Shown here: positions 53,601 to 62,258 of the stretch, piece after piece | Position numbering within the stretch: position 1 is the stretch's first letter | How the letters are laid out: each line of letters starts with the position of its first letter | DNA from: an uncultured Brachyspira sp. | Lineage (GTDB): Bacteria > Spirochaetota > Brachyspiria > Brachyspirales > Brachyspiraceae | DNA length: 64,000 bases | Assembly: GCF_910578695.1 (NCBI RefSeq) | Contig: NZ_CAJTQJ010000007.1 | Coordinates: 14,597-78,596, forward strand | Direction of reading: 5' to 3' | Made by a program: the position numbers and the translations under genes | Notes under the pieces: model-generated | The model's database searches: none | Seen by the model: the letters and a program-made list of their open reading frames with translations, nothing else | What the model was told of the DNA's origin: nothing

Positions 53601-54647
53601 ACAGTTGCAAATACTATAATAGATTCTAAATCAACTAATGAAAATGATATATTTATTACTATGAATTATATATATGGAAATAGATATATATTTGAAAATG
53701 AAACAGTATCTGATTTTGCTGATAGATTTTATTCATTATACAAAACTAATTCTGCTTATATATACGGACTTTTAAATAAGATACGGGTTCCTGAAAGCGA
53801 TTTTGATGATAATATAAAAAATGCTTATGAAATATTTTCAAATGAAAATACTAATACGATGTTTATATTTTATTCTTATGAAAATAATAAATATACTGCA
53901 TACAGTTATGTTGTAGGCGATGCAGAAGTTAAGAAATCCATTTTAATAGACAGAGATAAACTTAATAAATATTTAAATGATTTTACTAATGTATCAAGAG
54001 CAAGGGATAGAAGAAACTCATTAAAATCTATTCAAAGTGCTATGCTCTCATCAGATATTATTAATGATTCTCAAAGAGCTGAAAGAATATATATAACAGG
54101 TTCAGCTGCTAATTTATTTACAGTGCCTTTTGCATATTTAGAGGCATTCAAAAATAATGATGTTGTTAAAATAAGAGAATTCCAATACTCACCTTCATCT
54201 GTTTTGGAAATTGGAAAGCCGTCTATTAAATTAAATATAGAAACCAATTTTTATACTTCATTGGAAAGTTCTGCTGTAAAATCTTTAGAAAACCCTGCAG
54301 GCAAAACTGATTTAATGCATTATATAGGCATAGATACTAATAGAGATAAGCCTTATGATGATATGGATATTTTCTTATCTCCTGCTAGAAATAATGATAT
54401 AAATGCATATTTAAAATCCAGAAATGATACTAAACTTTTATTTACATATACTTCTGATTCTTCCGGCGATTATTATACTGTAATGAAGTATTTGTATCAA
54501 AATTTTGATAAGGGAATAATTGATTCATATAAATATATAAAAAATAATAGAGTTCCTATTAATGCTATAAATCCAAATGATAGAAGTACTTTATATATGG
54601 CTAACTATGCTTTATTTGATTATATATTACCTGGAATTCCTAAATAA
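47676..54647 (+). CDS. Giant (2323 aa) predicted lipoprotein: TolB-like PD40 beta-propeller region, TPR-rich region and a large uncharacterised C-terminal region
   Basis: The signal peptide ends with LFAC|ASSQ. PD40-like repeats are TDIFAIDS...RLT, VDEKSKYIVFSSTRDDAFGDIYLY, DIDPVISHKGNIIAFISDRDAGIKKLFTV and PTFSFDDTKIAFI. Multiple TPR-like units follow, for example KAYNEGKYTAAYDNYNETLKYNP, ANSYLINGRYSDAANEYKEA and AACYLKLEDYNNALSYCDK. Confidence 0.7.
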   Translation: MKFKCYIKLKILLLFSFVLFACASSQKNSDTAFMSRPFLKEYKRYSLTSGEVNPALDAVIDSEGTWIYYTRENAGNTDIFAIDSYTLESYRLTRSPSIDESVSVDEKSKYIVFSSTRDDAFGDIYLYKLVNFGIRTSKNNLENLEQNIIRITDYKGYDIDPVISHKGNIIAFISDRDAGIKKLFTVKPNGKEVKKMSDIEASSPTFSFDDTKIAFITSKIGDTFSQLAILDLDSNSETNLNILTDTKTFKFNPAFYNDDTIIYFEIEKDSDRDGNLTYYDKRRLMSYSLTTHQYYVLDEDTKLTTFNVAYPSALVGAYVVSEDGTSIVTMGSTKEYFIKDDNSQSMYNSFIELPYDRKSSAIERFAEYFPFNEDKNNVAKAYFNMMISSYSNNNIKEYNNSKEILISEYEDTLAGFLTSKIDNIFDTNNNWFDINYYTNEYFFTNNNLEITNLTAWAGYISANEKYKADNKNKDTLNILDNIMNLDISKDLYMLIAKLYEHSVEDNGYKYPKDSNIYNKPYRRKDLIFSDRLEIAKDFIRDSNIPYNVIIDNSHPYAPLAVASRLIYLDGLILSRNYDAAVNLFKPYLESKNEIMLALGNYANAKVLLAQKDDGAYALFKNALSSGGKNFDSTYEAENCKEILADYYKSLADKAYNEGKYTAAYDNYNETLKYNPTDASSSARVIESGLRAYSTIESLEKTIAEREKTILENRYSSHEAHAELANAYYYLANRYYGMALLKQYSKERYVISDKKREDGFYLYLNKSFNSIVNNAVSYIDFAIFLYPEEENYYIKKAEMLTFAQALKMQVLQDEKVYKSVMELVPAYKDNSATNNTYIGYNMLAFQTANLDADIIDALIMAKSKVKTKPSIVSIMLANSYLINGRYSDAANEYKEAESLLNKVGTDKSRAWYHFFYGYSLWMNNDIKGAYREYDISRSLFEKLGDKESIYKIVGYTSIAAIEQEDYKKAIESLLERDKLTENDVNKNELNQLLLAACYLKLEDYNNALSYCDKVKAKIDSLDSSVYTPNYLSITLYGANINIVNLGLASLGGYIPGEPLNVDKQQMLYSIYQELYEKMGRYSEAREALYSYRNYVIKDKPKKSIQPLMLSTYYNNEGYLYYKQGDQSNSIMSFRTSIKEYEKTIDEKALANNPSLKFQNAQNDAKNYLSLSSLYLRYLSENDLTSMKREFFIELFNTTKTLQILSTNNAVSTKDRLLLYSHIAAFKYIMAFKLTADNNVNFNNRKKQYNDPSDITDHDINVERLSMLKDAIDRYKYILSSNSNFPVDLKTEIIIRYNLAKAYELAGYIEEAAREYMSAFSKAQASAFAVEEIAILTTLIDFSIKYRNIYPDSLDYPIQYVFRILQRMRESVFMITFAEDNNFILRQAKYKVIEFLKGSYPDASLNILAMFDAINMRRKFLDRRLYTLGENNYYLREYYKLYEKAIYSYQRYLNAVSTPYDSKTETAMLKEIAAYEKEALEKFSNTPIEPIVVCDFKPEDIDKSMRKDETLIWDTYLGYRFVRENGKTYFYIQSNDMPKTKNYVTHIGFRPIIMSNKNIFVRELYDSTEYMLPPKTAYIDSKLISFYKTARNSQREINTMSMASNTNSTNNIYSYNYANDVSAEYDNNNLYRNIEYNTNQYLSSNSLSSNALLTNTASESRRRRIGNFRFIELKDLASNSYVPLVTDITGANASDISNVMKKNLYIVYCDRATFTNNRRVLRNLNNIALVVGNDEKNSRMIFYTNYFRKLSTNSLEESMMGYDNNMFTVYGKPDYSIASLSNAAYEFKMRLYNSYAASKSPSMTMMSNVIAYSQSDNEKMLNYAKIVEDRYNAKDTNSAYYFSEEGYKFFSSSYSNISDSNAYRFIKSMLPVYRRMGEEGAVKGANIALHFMYLYTNDNYDLIDEYFTPRTLSRFLKAKNDAKENVRYLNYIARRADGNNKEKILEVAVLYDLIYGRVSIDSITNLLNRMQNTNEVLTVANTIIDSKSTNENDIFITMNYIYGNRYIFENETVSDFADRFYSLYKTNSAYIYGLLNKIRVPESDFDDNIKNAYEIFSNENTNTMFIFYSYENNKYTAYSYVVGDAEVKKSILIDRDKLNKYLNDFTNVSRARDRRNSLKSIQSAMLSSDIINDSQRAERIYITGSAANLFTVPFAYLEAFKNNDVVKIREFQYSPSSVLEIGKPSIKLNIETNFYTSLESSAVKSLENPAGKTDLMHYIGIDTNRDKPYDDMDIFLSPARNNDINAYLKSRNDTKLLFTYTSDSSGDYYTVMKYLYQNFDKGIIDSYKYIKNNRVPINAINPNDRSTLYMANYALFDYILPGIPK

Positions 54648-54701
54648 ATTTTACTTTTTTAATTAAAAATATATTTTTTAGTAAAAAATATTTACTTTTT
54701 C

Positions 54702-54730
54702 TTGACATTTTATTTACAATATATTATAAT
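54702..54730 (+). promoter_or_regulatory. Consensus sigma-70-type promoter upstream of OMP paralog 3
   Basis: TTGACA (54702..54707), a 17-nt spacer and TATAAT (54725..54730) give a perfect match to both hexamers at optimal spacing, about 30 nt upstream of the ATG at 54762. Confidence 0.55.
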
Positions 54731-54761
54731 ATAATCATAAATATTAATAAAGGGTGTTTTT

Positions 54762-55490
54762 ATGAAAAAGATATACATAATAATTTTTAGTATTTTTATA
54801 ATGCAAATTCAAGCTCTTTTTGCTGATTTTAATGCAGGCATAGGTTTATATGTACCATTAGGAGCATCAATTTCGCAAAGCTATCAAGACTATAAATTAG
54901 GAGCTAATAAAAGTGAAGGAAAATTAACTTCAGGTTCTGCTTTTGAATGGGGTGTGGGCATAACTCCTGGTATATACAATGGTTTTGATAATTATTTAGG
55001 ATTTTCTTTATCATTAGATTTGGCTTATCATAGAGATGTTTATGCCTACAATGAAAGCAAACGCGTCGGCAATACAGATAGATATGAGAATATTAAAACT
55101 ACTTATTATTTTGATACATTAGTTATAGGCATACTTCCAAAAATTAATGTATATAACTTTTTTATAGGCTTTGGAGCAGGAATAAAAATTCCATTATACG
55201 GAGGAGAAGCCACACAAAATTATAATACAGCATATAATCAATTTGAAAATTCTAATACATATTATACTTTTAATGATATTAAAAATAAATATAAAATGCC
55301 TATAATTCCTTATGTTAAACTTACATTAGATTATTTATTTTACTTCAGCGATGAAACTGCTTTAGGTATAGGGTTTTATGCAGGATATGATTTCGGACCT
55401 GGAAAGGTTACAGATGCTGCATTCAATAAAAATGATTTAGGAGCTTTTGATGTTGGAGGTCAGATAAGTTTCTATTTTGTAGATGATTAA
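54762..55490 (+). CDS. Putative small outer-membrane beta-barrel protein, distant paralog of 24802 and 25497
   Basis: It has a signal peptide (MKKIYIIIFSIFIMQIQALFA). It shares the layout and motifs: GF.GAGIKIPL vs GFLS.G.GGG.K.P, FNDIKNKY vs FGDIKDSF, FYAGYDFGP vs VYANYDFPI, and FDVGGQISFYF vs FDIGIQFGMYF. Confidence 0.5.
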   Translation: MKKIYIIIFSIFIMQIQALFADFNAGIGLYVPLGASISQSYQDYKLGANKSEGKLTSGSAFEWGVGITPGIYNGFDNYLGFSLSLDLAYHRDVYAYNESKRVGNTDRYENIKTTYYFDTLVIGILPKINVYNFFIGFGAGIKIPLYGGEATQNYNTAYNQFENSNTYYTFNDIKNKYKMPIIPYVKLTLDYLFYFSDETALGIGFYAGYDFGPGKVTDAAFNKNDLGAFDVGGQISFYFVDD

Positions 55491-55499
55491 TTTATTATT

Positions 55500-55531
55500 A
55501 GGCGGGATAAAAAAAATTATCCTGCCTTTTT
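55500..55531. terminator. Bidirectional rho-independent terminator
   Basis: aggcgggataa (55500..55510) pairs with ttatcctgcct (55517..55527). The stem is 11 bp with one G-U pair, the loop is A6, and tttt follows. It lies between convergent genes. Confidence 0.7.
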
Positions 55532-56465
55532 AAATATACTTATTTATGAAATCTTTAATAGTATTCCAATATAAATATTCATCATTAAATACAGCTGATA
55601 TATGTTTTCCTTCTTTTATAATAAGTTTTTGCTTTTCTGAAGAGCAGGCTTCATATAATTTATAAGACATACTACAGTCTACTAATTCATCTTTATCTCC
55701 ATGTATAAAAAGAATTGGTATTTTTGATTTTGACACTCTTTTTTCTACATCAATATCTTTAAATGAAAATCCAAGTCTTATTTTAGCTATTAATGATGTA
55801 AATTCAACTATAGGAAGAAAAGAAAATTTATAAGCTATATCTATTCTTCTTTTTAATTGTTCATAAGCATTTGTGAATCCTGCATCTTCTATTACAGCTT
55901 TTACATTATTAGGAAGTTCATTTTCATTACAGCACATCATAACAGCATTTGCTCCCATAGATATTCCGTAAAGAATTATTTCAGTATTATTATAATTATC
56001 ATTTATATATTTTATCCAAGCAAGCACATCAAGTCTTTCCAAATATCCAAGGGAATATATTTCACCTTCGCTTTCTCCGTGAGTTCTTAAATCTACAGCC
56101 AATATATTAAATCCCATATCATAAAACTGCTTAGCAAAATATTTCATATAAGAGCCTCTGCCTTCATAAGGATGTACAATTATAATGTATATATTACTTT
56201 CATTGTTTTTCATAAAATGAGAATGAAGTTTTTTATTATCGATTGAAATTGTGTATTTATCTTCTTGATAAGTTTCAAACCATATTTTTGTTTTTTCTTT
56301 TTTTAATTTTTTTTCTTCGCTTTCTTCTTTTTTATTTTCATCTTTTTCAAAAAGTTTTTTATTAGTTTTTATTAAAATTTTATTAACAAAATGATTTGAA
56401 ATTATTATTAAAATTATTAATATTAAAATTATAATAAAAGATATTATATATAATACTGAAATCAT
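55530..56465 (-). CDS. Membrane-anchored alpha/beta-fold hydrolase
   Basis: An N-terminal TM (ISVLYIISFIIILILIILIII) is present. The nucleophile elbow is GISMGA (GxSxG). Also present are HGESEG and IHGDKDELV, the Asp/His region typical of the family. Confidence 0.8.
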   Translation of the reverse strand: MISVLYIISFIIILILIILIIISNHFVNKILIKTNKKLFEKDENKKEESEEKKLKKEKTKIWFETYQEDKYTISIDNKKLHSHFMKNNESNIYIIIVHPYEGRGSYMKYFAKQFYDMGFNILAVDLRTHGESEGEIYSLGYLERLDVLAWIKYINDNYNNTEIILYGISMGANAVMMCCNENELPNNVKAVIEDAGFTNAYEQLKRRIDIAYKFSFLPIVEFTSLIAKIRLGFSFKDIDVEKRVSKSKIPILFIHGDKDELVDCSMSYKLYEACSSEKQKLIIKEGKHISAVFNDEYLYWNTIKDFINKYI

Positions 56466-56489
56466 TATAATTCTCCATAATAATATAGT

Positions 56490-57296
56490 TTATCCCAAAG
56501 CGGTATCTAATACCATCATTATAGCAAAGCCTAATATAAATCCGAATACTCCGAAATGATTATGTTCTTCTAAAACAGCTTCAGGCACAAGTTCTTCTAC
56601 AACTACATACATCATAGCACCTGCAGAAAAAGCTAAAGATATAGGAAGTATAATAGTAAGTTTTGTAACAGCTACAGCACCTATAACTGCAGCAATAGGC
56701 TCAACTATGCCTGATATAGTACCTAGTAAAAAAGATTTTAATTTTGATACTCCTGTAGTTTTTAGAGGAAGTGAAATAGCAGCACCTTCAGGAAAGTTCT
56801 GCAAACCTATTCCAAGTGCCAATGCCAAAGCAGCATTAAATGTTACTTTACCGTCTCCTATAGAAAAAGCACCAAATGTTACTCCTATAGCCAAGCCTTC
56901 TGGTATATTATGTAAAGTTATTGCTAAAAATAATAATATGCTTTTTGATAATTTTACTTTAACACCCTCTTGTTCTTCATTTCCATTAACTATATGCATA
57001 TGAGGAAGTATTTTATCTAATAACCATATAAAAAAAGCACCCAATAAAAATCCTAATACAGGTATAACCCAATTAGGAATATTAGTACTCTCTGATAATT
57101 CTATTGAAGGAGCAAGAAGCGACCAAAAACTAGCAGCAGTCATTACGCCTGCAGCAAATCCGTACATAGATGCTAATAGTTTTGGTCTTATCTCTGATAT
57201 AAATAAAAATACAAGACCTGAGCCTAATGCAGTAAATAAAAAAGTTATACTTCCTGCAAATAATGCCAATTCAATTGCTGATGAGTTTGATATCAT
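56490..57296 (-). CDS. zupT: ZIP-family divalent metal transporter (ZupT-like)
   Basis: This is a polytopic membrane protein with the motifs HNIPEGLAIG and QNFPEGAAISLPL. Confidence 0.85.
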   Translation of the reverse strand: MISNSSAIELALFAGSITFLFTALGSGLVFLFISEIRPKLLASMYGFAAGVMTAASFWSLLAPSIELSESTNIPNWVIPVLGFLLGAFFIWLLDKILPHMHIVNGNEEQEGVKVKLSKSILLFLAITLHNIPEGLAIGVTFGAFSIGDGKVTFNAALALALGIGLQNFPEGAAISLPLKTTGVSKLKSFLLGTISGIVEPIAAVIGAVAVTKLTIILPISLAFSAGAMMYVVVEELVPEAVLEEHNHFGVFGFILGFAIMMVLDTALG

Positions 57297-57485
57297 TTCT
57301 GCCTCTTTTTCGATTATTTATATGCTGTATATTTTATATTTTATTAATTTAATTTTCAATGTTTATAATAACTGCTAATGAATATTTTTAATCAAATAAA
57401 TTATTATAATACTAGATTAATTTTTTATTTTGATTTATTATTATTATAATATAATTTTTTTATTTATGTTTAAGGAGATTTTATT

Positions 57486-57824
57486 ATGCCGAATTTTAAT
57501 CAAGATGGAGACTGCGTATTTTGTAAAATTATAAGCGGAGAAATTCCTTCAAATTTTATAAAAGAAAATGAATACTGTGTAGTATTTTCAGATTTGAATC
57601 CTAAAGCTAAAGTTCATTTGCTTGCTGTACCGAAAATGCATATTAAAAATATATTAGAAACAGATAATATTTTAATGGGAAATATTTTAGAAACTATAAA
57701 AGAAACAGCAAAAGAACAAGGTTTAGAGTCTTTTAGAATAATTAATAATTGCGGAGTTGGAGCAGGGCAGACAGTATTTCATGTTCATTTTCATATACTT
57801 TCGGGAGATAATTTAGAAGAATAA
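57486..57824 (+). CDS. HIT-family (histidine triad) nucleotide hydrolase
   Basis: CVFCKII, the histidine triad QTVFHVHFHIL and a size of 112 aa support the call. An AAGGAG RBS is present. Confidence 0.9.
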   Translation: MPNFNQDGDCVFCKIISGEIPSNFIKENEYCVVFSDLNPKAKVHLLAVPKMHIKNILETDNILMGNILETIKETAKEQGLESFRIINNCGVGAGQTVFHVHFHILSGDNLEE

Positions 57825-57852
57825 AAAATAAGATATAATTGGAGTAAATATA

Positions 57853-58665
57853 ATGATAGACAGTCACTGCCATCTAACATATATATCAAAGAAGAGTAAG
57901 GAATTAGAAGAAGTTTTAAAACGTGCCAATAAGGCAGGTATATTTTATTTTATTGATATAGGAGTTCACCCAGATGATATAGGCGAGCGTATGTTTATAT
58001 TATCCGATGCTGAGGGAGTATTTTTTAGTATAGGCTATTATCCTGATTATGCAAATGAAAATGATGAAGATACTTTAAAGGCTTTTGAATTAAAAATAAA
58101 AAATTTAAATAAAAAAACATTAAAAAATAGAAATAAATCAATATATGCTGTAGGAGAGATAGGGCTTGACTATTATCATAATGATGAAAATAAAGATGAA
58201 CAAAAAGAGTTTTTTAGAGCTTTATGCAAAACAGCAAAAAAAACTGAGCTTCCTATATTAATACATAGCAGAGATGCTTTTAAAGATACTTTTAAAATAC
58301 TTAAAGAAGCGGATTTGCCTAAGAGAGGAATATTTCATTGCTTCAGCGGAAATATTGAAGATGCTAAAAATGCTTTGGATTTGGGATATATATTATCTTT
58401 TTCGGGTTCAGCTACATATATGAAAAATGATTTTATAAGAGATGCTGTTAAATATGTACCTAAAGATATGTTTACAATAGAAACCGATTCCCCTTATTTA
58501 ACTCCTCAAAAGGTTAGAGGCAGAGCAAATGAGCCTTCATTCATTCCGTATACGGTAGAAGTTTTATCTGAGGTTAGAGGTGAGAAGAGCGAGGATATTA
58601 TGAGAACTGCTTTAGAAAATGCTGTGAGAGTATTAGAACTTCCTATAGACTTAAATAGAATATAA
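57853..58665 (+). CDS. TatD-family metal-dependent hydrolase/DNase
   Basis: Motifs MIDSHCHL, GEIGLDYY, LPILIHSRDA, GIFHCFSG and ETDSPYL match the family. Confidence 0.9.
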   Translation: MIDSHCHLTYISKKSKELEEVLKRANKAGIFYFIDIGVHPDDIGERMFILSDAEGVFFSIGYYPDYANENDEDTLKAFELKIKNLNKKTLKNRNKSIYAVGEIGLDYYHNDENKDEQKEFFRALCKTAKKTELPILIHSRDAFKDTFKILKEADLPKRGIFHCFSGNIEDAKNALDLGYILSFSGSATYMKNDFIRDAVKYVPKDMFTIETDSPYLTPQKVRGRANEPSFIPYTVEVLSEVRGEKSEDIMRTALENAVRVLELPIDLNRI

Positions 58666-58688
58666 GTAAATATAATAAATAAAATAAA

Positions 58689-58725
58689 AAGTTCTTATAA
58701 TAATTTATCTTAATTATAAGAACTT
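58689..58725. terminator. Bidirectional rho-independent terminator
   Basis: aagttcttataat (58689..58701) pairs with attataagaactt (58713..58725). The stem is 13 bp, A/T runs flank both sides, and it lies between convergent genes. Confidence 0.65.
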
Positions 58726-58732
58726 ATTTTAA

Positions 58733-59248
58733 TTATATAGATTTAACAATTTCTTTTAATTTATTTAAATCATCAGCATCAGGATGTCCCATAGCATTAT
58801 CATAATTTCCTAATTTAGATTGAATAGCTTTTTTCTCATCATCATTTGAAGCTTTGGAAAGCATATTTTCTAAATTTTTTTTCTGTCCTTCCATCCACTG
58901 CCCCTGACAAACATAAGTGCCGACTAAAGTATTAGAAGAATCCAAGAAAGCCTTAGAAGGATTAATCATTTTATCATAGTATTTTTGATTATTGCCGTAT
59001 CCGACAGTCATAAATAAAAATACTTTTTTGTTTTTTAATGTCTGCATAAACTTTCCTGCCGCATCATCGCAATTTCCTCTATAGTTTCCTGCCCCTACAA
59101 ATATTAAATCAGAATCATCAATTTTAGCATTATCAGCTGCATTAGTTTTTACGCATTGCAGACATTCTCCATTGGCAGCTTCTTTTATTGCTAATGCTAA
59201 TTTTTCAGTATTTCCGCTTTTACTTGTATAAATAATAGAATATTTCAT
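58733..59248 (-). CDS. Flavodoxin-family protein
   Basis: The N-terminal FMN-binding-type motif IIYTSKSGNTEKLA is present. The protein is 171 aa and has a GGAG RBS on the minus strand. Confidence 0.7.
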   Translation of the reverse strand: MKYSIIYTSKSGNTEKLALAIKEAANGECLQCVKTNAADNAKIDDSDLIFVGAGNYRGNCDDAAGKFMQTLKNKKVFLFMTVGYGNNQKYYDKMINPSKAFLDSSNTLVGTYVCQGQWMEGQKKNLENMLSKASNDDEKKAIQSKLGNYDNAMGHPDADDLNKLKEIVKSI

Positions 59249-59355
59249 TTTTAACTCCTTTGTTAGAATAGTCTAATTATTATAGCATTTTTTCAAAGTT
59301 TATCAATATACTATACAGCGGTATTTACTTATTTTTTTGAGTAATAATTTAATGC

Positions 59356-59384
59356 TTGCTATTATAATATTATTATGATATAAT
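59356..59384 (+). promoter_or_regulatory. Candidate sigma-70-type promoter upstream of rplI
   Basis: TTGCTA (59356..59361), a 17-nt spacer and TATAAT (59379..59384) lie about 60 nt upstream of the start. Confidence 0.35.
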
Positions 59385-59444
59385 GTATCAATTGTAAAGC
59401 GAAGTTTATTATATTATTAATAGAGTAAATAAAGGAGAAGGCAG

Positions 59445-59969
59445 ATGGAAGTTATCTTAAAAAAAGATTTTATATCATTAGGTTATGAAGGTGATATATG
59501 TAAAGTAAAAGACGGCTATGCAAGAAATTACCTTATTCCAAGAAATATAGCAGTAGTAAAGAATGCTGCTAATTTAAAAACTTTAGCTCAAATGCAGAAG
59601 AGTTTAGAGAAGAAGAGAGCTAAAAGAAAAATGGAAGCAGAAATTTTGAAAGGTAAAATTGTAGATATTACAGTAGTTATACCTATGAAAGTTGCTGAAA
59701 ACGGAAAATTATACGGTTCTGTAAGCCAGCAGACTATAGTTGATGCTTTGAAAGAAAAAGAAATTGATATAAATAAACGCGATGTTCATATGGAAAAGCA
59801 TATAAAAGAATTGGGCGAATTTGAAGTAGAAATAAAATTATATCATAGTGTTAATGCTAATATAAAAATAAAAGTTGTTAATGTAGATGAGAAAGCTGCT
59901 TCAGAAGAGGTTAAAGAGGCTGAAGAAGTCAAAAAAGAAGAAAATGCAGCTGTTTCTGCAGAAGTTTAA
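59445..59969 (+). CDS. rplI: 50S ribosomal protein L9 with an acidic/Lys-rich C-terminal extension
   Basis: The N-terminus is MEVILKKDFISLGYEGDICKVKDGYARNYLIPRNIAV. An AAGGAGAAGG RBS is present. The gene lies upstream of dnaB, as in many bacteria. Confidence 0.93.
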   Translation: MEVILKKDFISLGYEGDICKVKDGYARNYLIPRNIAVVKNAANLKTLAQMQKSLEKKRAKRKMEAEILKGKIVDITVVIPMKVAENGKLYGSVSQQTIVDALKEKEIDINKRDVHMEKHIKELGEFEVEIKLYHSVNANIKIKVVNVDEKAASEEVKEAEEVKKEENAAVSAEV

Positions 59970-59995
59970 TAAACAATTAATAGGCATAATATTTA

Positions 59996-61396
59996 ATGAA
60001 TAATACACCTTGCTCAATAGAGGCTGAAGAGTCTCTATTGGGTGCAATGCTTCAGAACTCTCAGGCTATATCGGCTTCTATATCTAAAATAAAATCTACT
60101 GACTTTTACAGTGAAAGAAATCGTATGCTCTATGAAAGCATTTTAGAAATGCATAATAGAGGCATAGCAGTCAATCAGGAAACTGCCTTAAGATATCTTA
60201 AAGAAAACGGATTATTTGATAAAATTATACAAAATGATGAAGCATATTTATTTCGTATTATAGACGGAACGCCTTTTCATCAGAATGCAAAATATTATGC
60301 TGAGATTATTGCAGAAAAATCATTATTAAGGGATTTGATAACAGTTTCTCAGGATATACAAAAATCGGCTTATGAGGCAAAAGATGCTGAAACTAAAGAG
60401 ATTGCTGATTTTGCTGAGAAAAAAATATTTGAAGTTACTCAAAGAAGACTAGATAATGATTTTATTCATATACGGGATTTACTCTATGAAGCTTTAACTA
60501 CAATAGAAAGCAGAAAAAAGCATAAAGGTACAGTTACAGGAGTTCCTTCAGGTTTCATAGGACTTGATAAAGTTACGCACGGTTTTCAGCCTTCAGATTT
60601 AATAATATTGGCGGCAAGACCTTCTGTAGGTAAAACAAGTTTTGCACTTAATATAATAGAACATGTTATTACAAATATAGAAACAGTTAGTTTTGGAATA
60701 GGTTTTTTTTCTCTTGAAATGAGCCGTATGCAGCTAGTTGAAAGATTATTATCAAGCAAGGCAAGAATAAATTTATCCAGAATAAGGTCCGGAGATATAG
60801 AAAAGCAGGAATGGACAAAACTCGGACAAACATTTAATAGCTTATCTCAGGCTAATCTTTTAATAGATGATTCCAGCCAATTAACTATTATGGAAATAAG
60901 AGGAAAGGCTAGGCAGATGAAATATAAATTTGCAGAGATAAGTAAAACTTCGGGAAAAGAAATTGATTTGAAACTGATAGTTGTTGATTATCTTCAGCTT
61001 ATACATTCCGCATCTCATTCAAGAAAAAATGGTACCAGAGAACAGGAAATTGCTGATATTTCAAGAGGACTTAAAGCATTAGCAAAAGAGCTTAATGTAC
61101 CTGTTATAGCATTGGCTCAGCTTTCAAGGGCTGTTGAACAGAGGCAGGATAAACCTAGACTTTCAGATTTGAGAGAGTCGGGTTCTATAGAGCAGGATGC
61201 TGATATTGTAATGTTTCTTCATAGACAAAAGCCAAGTAAAGAAGAAAAAGATGATGAAGTAATAGATGAAAAAACAAATCAAATAGAAGTAATACTTGCA
61301 AAACATAGAAATGGTGCTATATTAGATGGGCTGCCTCTTAATTTCATAGCTGACCAAACTAGATTTGAAAATATTTATAATAATAGCACAGTTTAA
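59996..61396 (+). CDS. dnaB: Replicative DNA helicase DnaB
   Basis: The N-terminus is PCSIEAEESLLGAML. Also present are Walker A ARPSVGKTSFALN, Walker B VVDYLQL, ISRGLKALAKELNVPVIALAQLSR, SDLRESGSIEQDAD and AKHRNG. Confidence 0.95.
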   Translation: MNNTPCSIEAEESLLGAMLQNSQAISASISKIKSTDFYSERNRMLYESILEMHNRGIAVNQETALRYLKENGLFDKIIQNDEAYLFRIIDGTPFHQNAKYYAEIIAEKSLLRDLITVSQDIQKSAYEAKDAETKEIADFAEKKIFEVTQRRLDNDFIHIRDLLYEALTTIESRKKHKGTVTGVPSGFIGLDKVTHGFQPSDLIILAARPSVGKTSFALNIIEHVITNIETVSFGIGFFSLEMSRMQLVERLLSSKARINLSRIRSGDIEKQEWTKLGQTFNSLSQANLLIDDSSQLTIMEIRGKARQMKYKFAEISKTSGKEIDLKLIVVDYLQLIHSASHSRKNGTREQEIADISRGLKALAKELNVPVIALAQLSRAVEQRQDKPRLSDLRESGSIEQDADIVMFLHRQKPSKEEKDDEVIDEKTNQIEVILAKHRNGAILDGLPLNFIADQTRFENIYNNSTV

Positions 61397-61417
61397 TATT
61401 ATAGGAGTAATTTTATT

Positions 61418-62224
61418 ATGGAATTATTTGATGTAAAGATAGAATTACGAAAAGGCATAAAAAGTAAAATTAGTTATTTTCTTGCATATTTAGGAGAATT
61501 TGCCTCTCTTATTATAGAGGTATTCAAATATACATTTAGAAGTACATTCTCTTTTAAATTATTGAAAGAACAGATAATAAGAATGGGGGTTGATTCTTTT
61601 GTTGTTGCAGCTGTTACTGTGCTTTGTACAGGTATGGTTATGTCATTACAAATAGCAGTTGTGCTTGACAGCGTACTTAAGGGTATATCTCAGTTTGTAG
61701 GTTCTATGGTTGGTAAGGCTATGGTTAAGGAATTATCGCCTATGCTTCTTGCTTTGATATTTGCAGGAAGGGTAGGGAGTTCTGTTACTGCTGAAATAGG
61801 CACTATGCAGGTAAGCGAGCAGTTAGATGCTTTAAAAACTTTATATACTAATCCTATAGAATATGTTGCTGTTCCCCGTTTTTGGGCTGCTGTAATATCC
61901 CTTCCTATGCTTACAGTTTCTGCAGATGTTATAGGTGTTTTGGGCGGTGCTGTTGTTACTGTATTTGTTTTAAGAAGCGATCCTATGCATTATTTTGACA
62001 GGGCTATTGCTGTTATTAGTGTTGGTGATTTTATCGGAAGTTTAATTAAGTCTACTATATTCGGTGCTGAAGTTATGCTTATATCTTGCTTTTACGGATT
62101 TAAAACTTCAGGCGGTGCTGAAGGAGTAGGTAAGGCTACTACTACAAGTGTTGTTTACAGCTTTATGATAATACTTGTGACTGATTATATACTTGTTTCT
62201 ATACTTGGTATGTTTGGAATGTAA
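61418..62224 (+). CDS. MlaE-family ABC transporter permease
   Basis: The protein is 268 aa and polytopic. Segments QIIRMGVDSFVVAAVTVLCTGMVMSLQ, ELSPMLLALIFAGRVGSSVTAEIGTMQVSEQLDAL and PRFWA match the MlaE/Ttg2B pattern. Confidence 0.8.
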   Translation: MELFDVKIELRKGIKSKISYFLAYLGEFASLIIEVFKYTFRSTFSFKLLKEQIIRMGVDSFVVAAVTVLCTGMVMSLQIAVVLDSVLKGISQFVGSMVGKAMVKELSPMLLALIFAGRVGSSVTAEIGTMQVSEQLDALKTLYTNPIEYVAVPRFWAAVISLPMLTVSADVIGVLGGAVVTVFVLRSDPMHYFDRAIAVISVGDFIGSLIKSTIFGAEVMLISCFYGFKTSGGAEGVGKATTTSVVYSFMIILVTDYILVSILGMFGM

Positions 62225-62258
62225 TTATAATTTTTTGTATACTGCTCATTTATTATAT

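Noticed and set aside
56707-57003. A 98-aa plus-strand ORF inside the ZIP transporter gene, and similarly 55857..56090 inside the hydrolase gene.
   Set aside because: They are antisense shadows of conserved genes.
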